Positions 39,648-53,124 of a stretch of DNA of 64,000 bases are shown one piece after another. Source of the DNA: Mizuhopecten yessoensis (lineage: Eukaryota); contig NW_018408738.1 in assembly GCF_002113885.1 (NCBI RefSeq), positions 992,486 to 1,056,485 of the forward strand, read 5' to 3'. The notes under the pieces were generated by a model. That model searched no databases, was not told where the DNA came from, and saw only the letters and a program-made list of their open reading frames with translations. A program made the translations under genes and the position numbers. Within the stretch, counting starts at the first letter, position 1. Each line of letters starts with the position of its first letter.

Positions 39648-39801
39648 AACAGTTATATTTGGACCTGAACTAAGGTGTGTAGAGTAATTTTACACCTTTT
39701 GGGGGATTTGTGGCATTTTTACCGAAAAAGAATCTAACACCGCCCCCTCCAACGTGTAAAATTTCTCTAAACACCTTAATTTAGGTCCAAATATAACTGT
39801 T
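39648..39801. repeat. 48-bp-arm inverted repeat (palindromic mini-element or element terminus)
   Basis: 39648-39695 (AACAGTTATATTTGGACCTGAACTAAGGTGTGTAGAGTAATTTTACAC) matches the reverse complement of 39754-39801 with 4 mismatches. Confidence 0.9.
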
Positions 39802-39851
39802 ACAAATTATCAGGTCCGCAAGGTTACTTCGTCGCCATCATGTTACTGTTC

Positions 39852-40104
39852 ATGTCATAGCAAAATTGAAGGCTCAGTGTGCGCCAACTTGTTGATGAGA
39901 CAAGAAGACTAGTTCGATCCTTTGATAAACATCAAAAGAATCTCGCGGTCACGTAACGGTAAAAAGACTTGACAGGCTTTGAAGTCGGGCATCTCTCCTT
40001 TGTAATCTTCACAGGACAGGTATCAGCCTAGCGATTGGTCAGTTTTTGTTTTACCCGAGACCAATTAAACAGCTGTCTTCGTGCCTTCAATTTTGCTATG
40101 ACAT
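39852..40104. mobile_element. 253-bp MITE with perfect 22-bp terminal inverted repeats; superfamily unassigned
   Basis: ATGTCATAGCAAAATTGAAGGC (39852-73) and GCCTTCAATTTTGCTATGACAT (40083-104). The outer AT could be a 2-bp TSD. Confidence 0.8.
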
Positions 40105-40897
40105 ATTTATGGGGTGTAGAGAGCGAAAGTTGGCGTAACCCCTGGATGTCGAGAATGGTTACTGTTGCGAAGGAACGTACGAAAAATGCAAAGGAACGAA
40201 GAGATGAAAATGTGTGGCACAAGTCCCTTTAGCTTAACCCTATTATTAATTAACACCGTGTTAGCGTTGAACATTTCTTTCGTAAAATGGAAATATCGTG
40301 TCATCAGAAGTTTTTGGATGTTAAATTTAATCTGTAAATGTATAAATGTGATCCCTGTCACTTTAGTGAAATACCACCTTTTTACTACTTACTTGTTTTG
40401 GCTGGTGGAATTTCTGTTAACTTATTCGGTGTCAGAATAATACAACAGAGGTCCCGGGTGAGATCCTTAGTGGAGACATTGAAATATCAATTACCACGGT
40501 TACATACTTGCCGCAGTGAGCCACGAAAAAAGACTATAACGACTGTGGTCACCGGTCACATAGTATTGTATAATGTGTCTCCTTATGATGTTACCTGTTC
40601 GCTTACCAGTAGTCACGTGCATGTGCGTGTACACACTCTCGCATACACTATACGCTACGTTCCATATAGAATTATTTTTGAAGTGATCCCTGTATTTGCT
40701 TGTCTAGGTCTCTGTCTCCTTGCTCCGTGCTAGGTCTACCCCAAAATGAGAAAGGTCTAGTACTACCGCAGTGAAACTGATACACATGAAACAATATCAA
40801 AACAAAACAAAACAAAAAAGAAATTCGAGATATTATAATACTAAGGGGACACAAAATAATATGGTGTTAGTTAATACCAGATTGAGTCTGGATCTCG

Positions 40898-41019
40898 ATC
40901 GCTAGGGAACATTAACACAAAACTACGCTCAGTAGCGTTACTAGGGTAGCATGTCATAAAATATATGATTATTTACAAAAGCACAATGACATCAGAGATA
41001 TTCGCCGTTGCTAAGTAAC
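40898..41019. promoter_or_regulatory. Cluster of RFX X-box-like motifs (possible enhancer)
   Basis: ATCGCTAGGGAAC (40898), GTTACTAGGGTAGC (40937) and GTTGCTAAGTAAC (41007), with CRE-like TGACATCA at 40987. Confidence 0.3.
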
Positions 41020-42351
41020 AATGACACTTGAGCTAGAGTTATTACAGAGAGATACTAGACTACTGTGACACAAGATACACTGCATCACCAGATATTTCAT
41101 GTATCACAGTTTCTAGGTTACAAAGCGACCTTACAGACCTCAAGTCACACAGGGACGAGTGTAACCTAAAGTCATCCTTGCATATTTCCTTTGAAATGTG
41201 CTTAGCGTTGAAATGGTGGCATGCTGCATCAACAGAAAAAGAATAGATAGAAATCCCAGGTGCCCTGTTTAACACGCCAGTGAAACCGTTAATTGTATTT
41301 AAATGTAAAACATAGGATTAATCGATGAAGGGAAATTATACATTGACCTTTTATCGTTTTTTTTTTCATTTTCTCTGAAGGGTGATATCTGTCTTTGGAC
41401 TAATAAACAAGGCATTCTTTTTGCCTTTCTGTAGGTATTGTTAGCAACTTACAACTAGGTAGGGAGCGGGCAGTCATAAATGTCTATCATTCTCTGTTGT
41501 AATTTCTGTCTGTAGTGATTTGGTGATTCAAAGAAAATTCGTTTGTTTCTACAATCAAATATAGAAATTGTCTTGCTATGCGGAAATATCATCTTAGATA
41601 TGATAAACTTAATAGCTATGTCTGGTAGGTTTAAGACACAACTGATTTTTAGTTATAACAAAATAGTATTTAACCAATTGCATTAGTTTATGTATATTTA
41701 TATATTTGCCCCATATATATCTACATGTACATATGCATTAACCTAAGACTTATTAATTTAACTTCATCGTGAACGACTCCTAATATAATAGTCTGATACC
41801 AGTATGTCGCGGAGGAGGTTCCCGACATTACGTATAAGTATACTTTTGCATATAAACTGTTTGTCGGAAAGGAAGCCCCCTTCATTCTGTGGTAGTAAAT
41901 ATATGTAAAACCTGTCTGTCTGGAAGAATGTTCCGAACATTCAATATAAGTGCACTTGCGTATATAAAGAAAAGTACGTGCGAGCACGGCACATTAACCA
42001 AATATGAACATTTGATCGCTGTAATTGTGTAATTGACTGAATACATATAGGGGTATAAATAAAAAATATTAACCTGCCGTTAATATTTTGGTGAATTTGA
42101 AAGTACATTTACACAAATATGAGTTTTGTCACAAAAACTGAAATGTATATTTATGGCTTTAGTTACTCTTAAATGGTCACCATGGTATTATTTGATCCTT
42201 TAAATCCTTTCTCGACTCGATCAATTGCATTTTTGAATCTCATTTATATGAAAAAGGATTTAAAAACAAATAAACAAATCTAGCTTAATAAAAACAGGAG
42301 TTGATTTCCTATGTTCTATCGTAGAAATTTAGTGCAGAGGAGATGAGCCTG

Positions 42352-42482
42352 CAAGAATCACAAAAATGACGATTTAGAGAGGGAATACCAACCCAAGAAT
42401 CACAAAAATGACGATTTAGAAAAGGAGTACCAACCCAAGAATCACAAAAATGACGATTTAGAGAGGGAATACCAACTCAAGA
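42352..42482. repeat. 42-bp tandem repeat, 3 copies
   Basis: CAAGAATCACAAAAATGACGATTTAGAGAGGGAATACCAACC at 42352, 42394 and 42436. Confidence 0.95.
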
Positions 42483-43494
42483 TTCGTTTTCTAACACAAT
42501 GTTTTCCTTCTCCATTACATATCTGGTCATTATTTCTGGGGTATTGAATTGGATAGTCTCGATAACCCAGACAGTGTACGTGTGACGTGATCAATCTGGA
42601 GATTGTATGGCACGGAATGAGAGAATGTAATTGCTCTATTAGGGACCATTTACACGTATGAATACTCAGACGTGCACTACTTAATTCTATTTGGGAATAT
42701 TTTCTGCCCCATTACACCCTTCATCAGTTGGGATTCAGAGATCTGTTGTGCATGGAAATTCTCAATGTGATTCGACACGTTTGAAAATCTGTAGAATTAG
42801 AGGACGGATTTGCACTTTGGTGAAATAGTCGATGAGAACGAACACAATTAATTAAATTTACAATTACACTTCGTCAATAAATGCTTCGTCTGACTTATCG
42901 ACACGAAGCAACCTTACGCCTGCATGTCTGAATAAATAAGCTTACGAACCAACAAAGATTGAACATTTCTAATTACACTAAAGAGTCTAAATTAGATGGC
43001 AACTAACCCAGAATAAATTTGATAGTTTCCAGGATAAATAGTTTGAAGCCGCACGCCAACCTAGCTGAACAGTGTACTACATACTCTACTGAGCCGACTG
43101 TGCTCCCACCTCTGCGCATTAAGGACCACAGGTTTTTTCAGTACGGGATGCTAACCAAAAGTCATTGTTGAGTGTCCTATTTCCACCTTCGTATAAAGTC
43201 TCGGCTCGTACTTAAAATCAAGAGTTTGCTCAAAACCTTCTAAATGCACTTCTCCTTCTAAACAATCTGATATGCTCACACGGGTGATGTAATTCTTAAG
43301 CTTCAATACCCAGATTTTGATGTACGCTCTTGAGTCTCCGCAACAGTTAAGATCATATAAAGTCTGTTCCCACATATAATGGGTTCATCCAAGGGAAACA
43401 TTAAATATTTCATTCACAGAAATATCTCAACCTTGACACGGTATTATGACAATAAATCGGAACAGACTTTTCTTACAACAGCCTAATTGGTGAC

Positions 43495-43715
43495 GCCTAG
43501 ACAGGGAGACACTATCTCAAAGTAAAAAGAAGAGAATCCTAGTGCTACAATGGAGCTTTATATTCATTTGCGGTTCTCCAATGTCCCCTAGGCAGAATAC
43601 AAAAATCTGCAAAGGGGAATCACTTAGAAACCTAGCTTGCTTGACAGGAGGCCTACAAGTACACACAAAACTGGTTAAGTCAGATAGGTCAAATGTTTTG
43701 GGAACTTAAGACGCA
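43495..43715 (+). mobile_element. Possible very old LINE (RTE-X-like) ORF remnant
   Basis: Short peptides TGRHYLKVKRR and EAYKYTQNWLSQIGQMFWEL resemble post-RT motifs (ELGR.PL, AY...NW.S.I...L..LG). Highly interrupted. Confidence 0.28.
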
Positions 43716-44825
43716 TTGTTCTAAACAAACTAAAGTTCAGGAGAGTCATTATACATCTTGTATTTGGTTTAGCCTCAGGCTTACTGGGATGGAATGCTCA
43801 CATCTTTGTAAACACATCTGATAATACGTTATAATAATAATCCAGCGATTACAAATGTGCAGATTAGTAAGAATATTTATTTGCTTCTTCTTAAGAACTA
43901 CACGATTTTAGAAAAGATTCCTATCACAAAAATAAAATTGATTTCCAGCTTGAATTTTCTATTCATAGACAGCGATCAGTTAATTAGTAGAACAGGTTTT
44001 GATAAAAAAACATCTTTGCAAACAAAATGTCGATTTGTTAGCGGGGAATATGTCTATATACATTGTATATGGATACTGTTATTTACGATTCGACAACAAT
44101 CTTCACGACAAGAAATGTTGTTCACGTTATGAACACGCTTCATCAGAGAACGACATTTTCAACATTGGCTATATACCTTATGTAGAATGTCACAAACGTT
44201 ATAAAGGGAGGATTATATAAAGCAGTACGAATCATTCCAATGATTGACTTTGATTCGACCAATGGCTAAATATATCTCATTTACATCCAATCCCAATTAA
44301 TTACACGTGGCATGTAGAGAGATGCAGCCGCTTGAGCGTCATGTACATGTTACTTGACAATCCGATTACGGTAGCATAACGGCAATGCGATTCCACGAGG
44401 AGAGCTGTTACATGTCTAGCACATCCCCAGGAGAGTTCACGAAAGGTAGTGTCGTCATGACTTCCATGACAACGGATGCAGTGAGATAACAGTTTTAATA
44501 GTGGGCCCTGCTACACACCATTTTAAGACCGATGTATTTCCGCCCGTGCTTCAATTAATGGACGACAATGAAATAACCTATTTTTGTTACTATTACGTAC
44601 ATGTATCATAATGCTGATATAAGGGTTTCGGTCATCGATGATAACGACACAGTTAGTCAGAATACAGAGAGGCAACATGGATGTGACCTCATTACTCTTT
44701 CCACAATGTAACAAATACGACGTTTTTAATAATGCTCTCTCGTGTATCTCACGTGACGAAATAAACCACAACTAAAAAAACGTTAAAATTCAGCTAGTGG
44801 TGGTAATATGTCACGTGATAGAAAA

Positions 44826-45058
44826 GTATGTCATGTTATGGACAAAATACTAATTCAGCTTGTCGTGTACAGATACCATGCTATAGACAAAATTCATTGT
44901 CAGATATTGGTGTAAATATGTCATATTATAGACATAATACCGATACAGCTGATGATGCTAATTTTGAATGCAATAAACAAAATGCCTATCTCTCATGTTA
45001 TAGACAAAATACCAATATAGATCCTAGTGTTGATATGTCGTGTTAAAGGCAAAAGACT
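44826..45058. repeat. Degenerate 45-bp tandem repeat, ~5.5 units
   Basis: Recurrent ATGTCATGTTATAGACAAAATAC-like motif, visible as a 15-aa period in ORF 44828..45046. Confidence 0.75.
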
Positions 45059-48000
45059 AAATATGTCAGCTTGTTTTATGTATTTTTTTCTATCTACATG
45101 TAGTTTCCAAGACAACCTTGTGCAATACAAGCCTGGCTGTATTGTTAACACATGTACATTGTTCATCAAGGACAGGTTAACGTAATTGCGTAATGCAATG
45201 ACCTTCCAAACATATTTGACATGTTAAGTTGTCATAATGTCATACTCAAATAGAACATGAAACAGGATATCTCTTAGTTTTCTTTACTGTTTCCTATAAA
45301 TGTATACAGCGTCATAAACGAAATCTGCACAGGTATCAAAAAACAATATGAATTTGATAAACACACAGACGATGGAAAAACGGTTTCAAGCAGTGCAGAT
45401 TAAAGCACATTACATAGTTTGTTGTCGCGTCCCAACAGGGCTGCCCGATAGCAGATCTAAATTAAATACTTTTCCCATATTTCAGAGTCAGCGGTATCAG
45501 CATGTCAGGAAAAGAACGCCGACAGGGAGTCGATATTAATTATGGGTTGCAGTATGGTTAATTTAGAATGTCCATCTGTTGGAGTACTTGCCTTTCTGTG
45601 ATTAATGTACATGTATTGTATATACTACCGTTGGTATAGTCATACACTACAGTGTACCTCCTATACCATATACATGTACCATTTACTACAACACCACATC
45701 CATTTGGCTGATATCGTACCTTTTAAATTCGCTATAGGTTTGTATATCGCGACAATGATCATTCTGAAAATGGTCCCGTTAATCAATCTCTCAATCATAG
45801 GTGAAAAAGGGAGAAAAGGGGATATTTATCAATAGAAATATTTATGTATTTATAAAACTTATCCATTTCTCCATACTGATAGCTTATAGATTTGACAATA
45901 ATTGAACTCATGCACAAAATCAGATATTGATATCGTGATATTATGACAGAATGACGAATCTACTTTTAATGCGTGCCATTTATTTTTTTTACCAAAAACA
46001 GCATCATTGACATGCTGCTTGCCCATATAGGGAACAAAATTATTGACTAATTCTCGAGATTACTAATGAAATAAATCACGCACTTTAAATTATTATCAAT
46101 CACATTGTCGCGATCTAACAATTTCGGATAAGCGGGAATAATGATTGCAAACATGCTATAGTGCCATTTAGCCCCGATGAAGACCTGTAAATATTTGTCC
46201 TTCATAGGGCTTGAATTGGAGGAGACCTTTGTCTGACGTTTAATTACTTGGGCGCATTCGACATAAAACTCATTTTTTACTGTTGAATAGACAGTAACAT
46301 TTAGTTAACCCCACATGTGGTGTTGCATAGCTCTCAAATCGCGTTCAATGAAATTCGTTTAGAGTTGTTAGCAACGAGACACGCGTGTTTATAAATGCAT
46401 TAGTTTGCATCGACAAGGCTAATTGTCAAAGGACTGATTTTCTAATAAAATGTCAATAACGAAGTAAACACGTCTATTAATTTTTGCCTTTTCAGTGCAT
46501 GTCGGTCAAACACTGAGCATACTTTTGCACGAAATCAAATAGCGTCTTGAATTCAATATGAACAGTGGGTAGTACAAATATCAAACAAACCTTGTATTAC
46601 TGTCAACTGTACTTGTATCAAGATATCATCCAAGGGGTCGTTAAGACATGGTTTATTTACAGGGATGGGTTCTCTGTAATGTATAGATATACAGTAAGCT
46701 ATTTTGTGTGGAAGAGAAGTGATGGTCTCTGAAGAGTGAGGTTACTGACGAGGAATGGTCTGTCGATCAGATTCCATTGTAGACGTAATTGCTTTATATC
46801 GAAAATCATTATCATTGTAGGTCAACATTGTAAACCTGCACAATGTCACAGGCCAATGGATGGGGGTCAATTACTCTTATGCTTCACATCCGAATGGGCC
46901 ACTGTATTCAAACACATATGTAGCCTGCTACGTTATCAAAAAGGCCTGTACGCCAAACATTTGAGAAAAAAGCCGTGTTTTATTGACTTAATATGCTCTT
47001 GATATCCGAATAAGCTATTTTCGTATGACCAAATAGATTAGTAAACTAATGGCTAAAACAGTAGGGAAAATCTGTGGATGTTTGATTCACTTGGTTAGAA
47101 TGTTATCCTGATACATCCTTTATTACATTCACCTTGTCATTGACAACATATGTTTTACTGAACTATGAGAATGTTGAGTTGAAATTAATAAATGTTAAGA
47201 GGTCTCAAAATTATCAACAAGTATTCATTCAAGACGACAGATAGAAAGAAATAAGCACAACAGACACAGAGGTGATACATGACATGACTGGTACTATGGT
47301 ATTATTTCACTGACGAATAGGGAAAATTTATTGTTTTAAAGATTCTATTGGAATTAAATGTACTTAGTATTCGTAACATTTTTACTCTTGTCATTTTCGA
47401 TGTGATAAATCAAGTTGATCAATAAACGTGTTAGTTATTCAGATTATGAGATATTGTGTTTTATAGATTAAATATAGAAAAAAAGTTAATGCCATGATCA
47501 ATTGATTTACAAATCCAACACACCAGTGACTAGGAGTCATGCTAACATATACATTATTACATATAATTCGAATATAGTTAGCCTTTAAAATGTCCAAAGG
47601 TTATAGCAAACATTATTATTACTTATTTACAAAATACAACATCACGAGCAAACGGACTAAGTGGAGCATACACAGCTGAGCTTTTACGTGATAATTTTTA
47701 GAAATAAAATATATTTTCAGTGTTGACGAGACTCTATGAATGAAAAGTATTAACATAACATGTCGCGTGATTATATTCCATTATTTGATAAGATTTATGG
47801 GAACTCCCGGCAGACTGCAATATCCGCCTACTTAAAAGCAGTATAAATATCATTTGCAGACGTATCACTTACTTGCAGTTCAGTGAAAGTAGCGCATTTA
47901 ATTGATGAAAATAATAGCTTTTAAATAGACTGAATTATTATCCGAACTAATGAAGCAATAAATTAATTCCGGGAAAACTTTCCAATACTATCGAGTTCTA

Positions 48001-48175
48001 TGTTTCTTTGACACAGACATATGCCATGGCCAGGCAAAAGTGTTCTGTTTAAATTAACACTATTTGTTTAGAGTGTCTGTACACTACTTCCCAAGTGCGC
48101 GTGCAATGAAGTAAATTTAAAAGCATGTACCATAGCGTCAACATACAAGAACAGGATCAAACATCAAATCGATAG

Positions 48176-48590
48176 GAAGAGACGATGTTAAAAGAAGACA
48201 GCAGCAAAAAAATGTAACCCCTAAAAAACACAACAACAGTAAATAAAACGAAACAACTGTTGATAAAGACACAACAGTAAACGAAAAGTTCACATTAGTA
48301 AATGAGAAAAAACAACGTTGAATGAAGAGGCGAAATCAGTTAACCTGTAAATAAAATGACACTACGAGTAGGTAAATGGACCAACCAGTGTACAAAAAAG
48401 CAATTATAGTTAATTAGGAGACAATATAAGGTAATGAGGAGACAGCGCAGTAAATGAAAACACAGCAATAGAAAATGAAGAGACAACTGCAGTAATGTGA
48501 CACCAGCAAACAAAAAGACGACATCAGTAAACAAAGAGGAGTATCAGTAAATGAAAAAATCAATTTCAGATAACGAAAAGACAACACAAC
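48176..48590. repeat. Degenerate A-rich ~21-bp minisatellite
   Basis: Repeated GAGACA(A/C)CAGTAAATGAA-like units. Confidence 0.7.
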
Positions 48591-51499
48591 CTCAGGAAAT
48601 AATTGTTATCATGAACCACAATTAAATATTTTTATTTGTATCAAATTCAGCGCTTTCTCAAATAGCTAACTGAAGTAATTGAAAGACAGTGTTCTTAAAT
48701 TCGCAATATACCTGACTGTGATACCTTCCATTTTGGCACACATAACAATACAAGCGGTGTTCAAATATGTAGGTTTAGCCCGATACACGATTGATTGAGG
48801 CAGTCAAATAGGCACTGAATTCAGTGAATGTTTAAGGTTTTGGGTCAACGAAATCGTTTCTGGCAAATGAAGGAAATGTCCATAGACCGTTCATAGTTCA
48901 CTTTAAAATGTCATATCACTACAATACCATTACCAGTACAGCAGCGTGTCACCATGGTCATCTGATTCAGACAAACGATGTGAAAACCAGGACATCAGCA
49001 AAACAGATTATGTAACAGGGAAGGAACCAATGCAGTGGTCCAAATAGTTGCAGTGTGAGGCAGCAGATATATAAATCGATTCTGTAGGGGTTTCTAAAAT
49101 GTCGACTCATCCGACAAATCAATGGGATACATCAGTTACCCTTCCAATTTGTCAAATATTGTAAGGTTCTTTTGTGTCTTCGTTTCTGGTTCCTAAGACA
49201 GCAACAGTTTGTTTACCGCCTTGATTGCACAAACTCGAGATGTATTTGTTTTCGGTGATGGGTTCCTAGGATATTCTGTTTCGCTAAACATAACAATCAA
49301 GTGACCAAGTGAAAGGTCATAATTCATGTAAAAAACGTAATAATAAATATATCATAATAGGCGGAAATTGGTATTTCACCTCATACATTTAAAATTTGAT
49401 CTGAATTGTCAGGATATGAACCTGCAGCGTTCTTTATAATACCGTATAAGGTGTTGCATCTTTTGTTCATATAGGAGATGTTCCTGATTTGGCTCTAGAT
49501 TCTTAAGATAAAAGCGATTTTAAAGAATTGATGTAAACAATTAACTTCATCCTTATTTCTGAAGCGTGGCTGGAATGCTGGTGATTTTTAAAACTTTGGT
49601 TTCCGCATTCTACGGTGTGTGCTTTCGGAACAATCAATATAGAGCCAGACTGTGACATTGTAAAAAAGGATTGCATTTAAACGTGATGGTACATACAGCG
49701 GTCCTTGAGATCACACCATCAACAGATGTAAAACCAGAAGAAATAAGCAAAGAGGGGCGTCGGTATGACATAGTCATCAGCATCTAGTATTTTGAATCAC
49801 CAGTCTGTTTAAATGGAAGTAAATGAAGCTTATACTCTGAATTATTGGCCCTTGCTTATGACTCGACATCGATAAATTGTACATACATGTATAATAGCAA
49901 TAACCATTACGTTTCTGCAGAAATAGATTGGTAATGAAGTTGGTTAGAAATCAGACCTGCTGTAGGCGGATTTGGTCGTATGGTCGTGACATCCTGAATA
50001 GTTCCGGCCTTATCACCGGCCGCATCAGCTGGACACCCACGGTCTTGTCGTCTTTCTTAAAGTCACCGCTTTAATGGCCGTCGTTAAATGTTAACCCAGT
50101 AACCGTTAGTTAGATCTACGCTGTTGGAACCAATCATAATGCCACCTACGTTCTGTAGAGTTACAATTTGCAATCGTGTCTGGAGCCTGGATAGTTACCG
50201 TAACTGCATCATGTACTGTACTGGGCGTTGGTATAGACAAAAAAAGGATAGGACGCGTAACAATACTTTGAACTAACAGTTAAACATGCTTATATCAATC
50301 CACCAGAAATCTGAAAATCAGGTTTCGACCCTAAGGGTCTTAACAATCTATAACGATTCCCCGGATACCTACCAAGTTATAAAAAGTCATCTGGACCAAA
50401 CAAATTATTATCAGCCTGTTACATATAATGTACGTGTATATGACACCTGACTCGATTTCTTACCCGTGCGATAAATCGTGCTAAATGGCTGCACGTACGC
50501 AAATGTACAACACAATATCTCAACCTGCACGATTTCCCACCCGGACGAGATAGCGTGCAAAACGTATTGACCTTTGTGACACGTTTTCGCACCCGGAACA
50601 ATTTCTCACGCCACCTCCTTTTCACCCTCAGCTCTCCCTCTGGGGATATTGACATACGTTTTTGAGACTTGTTTATTTCAAAGGGTGGCACTGCATTGGG
50701 TAAAATCAGGAAAAAGTGTTAGTTCTCAGGCTCCATTATATCAAAAACTAAGAAAAAAATCAAAAACAAATCGTGTAACATACAATATATGTACAGCTCA
50801 TGGCAAGATGTATGATTAATTCCTAAATAGTGTATGATAGGGAGTGTAAAGTCCCGAGTTCGACATTTTTTTAACTTAATTTGTTCATGTTTAGCTTTTG
50901 TTTATGTTTAATTTCAATAAATGTCAAATTCATCCAGATATGTGAAACATTTAACTTACATAAAAAATGTATACTTTTGAATGATTATATGGTACTCTTT
51001 GTAATAAGTCTTTTACAGTATACCCTTACGTTCCTCGAAGAATTTGACTAAAACTGTTCAAAGAAATAATAAATTCATCTATAATATATACTTTTACTAT
51101 TTTTGTTTTATTATTATTCTATAAAACACATCCATATTTAGGGATACAAGATGGCCACTATGACAAGAAGACCCGGAATACATGTTAAAATATTCTACAA
51201 GAGAGACCAAACATGTGTCAACTTGTAAATATCTTTTAATAGTTAGTACTGGAGGTTACGGCATACGATATCGTTGTCAACATATAACGGGACCACTTCA
51301 TCACATCTTCCTGTTAAGGGTGCCACCACCTAAAGAGTAAACTAGTAACGATGCGTCTAAGCTTGAAAGCTGAAGTTACAGGAGTAGAGTAACACTGGTC
51401 ACGATTCACACACACATTTCTTTGTCTGAAGGTGTGACTGGTTCTGTTGTTAATAAGATCATTCAATCCAATTAAAGAATTCATATTGCATAGATATAT

Positions 51500-51748
51500 G
51501 GGTAGTCGGGTGGCGCAGTGGATAACACGCACTTGCCTTTCACCAAGGTGGCCGTGGTTTGATTCTCCGTTTGGAAGTGAAAGGGTATGAGGTCACTTGC
51601 CCGACAACATGGGTTTTCTCCAGGTACTCCGGTGTCCTCCCACACCAAGACACCTGAGCGCTAACATCCGGACCAACAAATGTTATTAATACTGTTTAAG
51701 TCATATAACTTGTTTCATATTTTTTGTAATAAATATAATTAAAGTTTC
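51500..51748 (+). mobile_element. tRNA-derived SINE with V central domain (V-SINE type)
   Basis: Pol III box A TGGCGCAGTGG (51511-21) and degenerate box B GGTTTGATTCTCC (~51556), followed by the V-domain motif GGGTTTTCTCCAGGTACTCCGGTGTCCTCCCACA and an AT-rich tail. Confidence 0.82.
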
Positions 51749-51874
51749 TATAATAAAGACATAACATTACAAAGTCTTGTTGTTTATTTATCAAATAAAA
51801 CAGTCATCTATCTAGTAACGACCGTTATACATATGTAACTCCGTTAATGTAGCCAGCAATAAGTTGATACTGTG

Positions 51875-53124
51875 ACAGCATTTGACGTCGTCGACCATGG
51901 CATACTTTATACACGGCTGGAATACTCTTATGGAGTGACTGCTTACCTGAGTGAACGACGACAGTGTGTTGCCATCGGATCTTCCACCTCACAAGACAAA
52001 ATACTAGATTTCGGAGTTCCTCAAGGGTTGGTGTTAGGACCACGAAAATAGTGTATGTGTCGTCGCAATAGCCTTCGCTATCATTGCTATGCCGATGATA
52101 CACACATTTACATGGTCATCAAACCACAGGACAGTTGGAATATCGTCTCAGAAAGTCTGGAAGCTTGTCTGACAGATATCAGTATTTGGATGAACGCCAA
52201 CATGCTTAAGCTTAATCAGGAAAAGACGGAACTAATTGTCTTTCCCCCAAAGTGTCAGTAAACAATGGCTCTCCAGCTCAAGGTCGGTGCCAGAACTATT
52301 GAGACTGTTCCAGCTGTTAAAAACCTAGGGGTATACTTTGATAGTTCACTGAACATGGAGAAACAAGTGAACGCTATTGCCAAATCCTGGTACTACCAGA
52401 TCAGAAACATCGGCTGTATTCGGCAGTTTTTAACTGCAGAGACATGCAGGATTTTGTTACCTCTCGGTTGTATTATGTTAACGCTCTGCTCTGTGGTATA
52501 TCTGACAAACTAACTAGTTGTCTGCAGAGGGTCCTGAACACTGCAGCACGTTTAGTTACTCGTACTCGAAAGCGAGAGCACATCACACCTGTGCTCTATT
52601 CGTTGCACTGGTTACCTGTACGATAAGGTCGCAGTACAAAATTCTGGTGTACACATACAAGGCACTGAATGGAACAGCTCCTCAGTACATACAGGAGCTT
52701 GTTACCCTGTATCAGCCGTCGCGATCACTGCGGTCGGTGTCAGAATCTTTGTTGTGTGTCCCAAAATCCCGTACTGTGACCTACGGAAACAGATGCTTTG
52801 GGAGGGTTTCGGCTACGTTGTGGAATAGCTTACCATCTGCAATTAGAAAGTCCAATACCCTGGCGAAGTTCAAGAGGGACATCAAAACTCACCTCTTCAC
52901 GTCTGCATTTAATAATCTTTGCAAAGACGATACGTAAATACCACCCTTTTATTTGTTCAATTATGTGCACATTGCTTGCTTAAATGTATAAAGGTGATTG
53001 TAAGCCTTTTTTTGTTTTCACAATTATAACCATTACTATTATCCATATGTTGTAAAGCCCTTAAGAGTAATTTTACAAATTATATAGGGCGCTATATAAA
53101 TGTTGTATACTATTATTATTATTA
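51875..53124 (+). mobile_element. 5'-truncated, inactivated non-LTR retrotransposon, L2/Crack clade of the CR1 group (RT C-terminal half plus 3' UTR)
   Basis: Motifs AFDVVDH, GVPQGLVLGP, HCYADDTHIY, LKLNQEKTE, VKNLGVYFDSSL, LQRVLNTAARLV, HITPVLYSLHWLPV and LWNSLP..IR....L..FKRDIKTHLF, with stops and frameshifts. The 3' end is GTAAAGCCCTTAAGAG...GGGCGCTATATAAAT followed by a (TAT)n tail. Confidence 0.95.

Noticed and set aside
49027-50699. Inverted pair CCAATGCAGTG / CACTGCATTGG as possible TIRs
   Set aside because: Only 11 bp, with no TSD and no supporting internal features; compatible with chance.
51500-51575. tRNA gene
   Set aside because: No complete cloverleaf, and it runs straight into a V-domain, so it is a SINE head.
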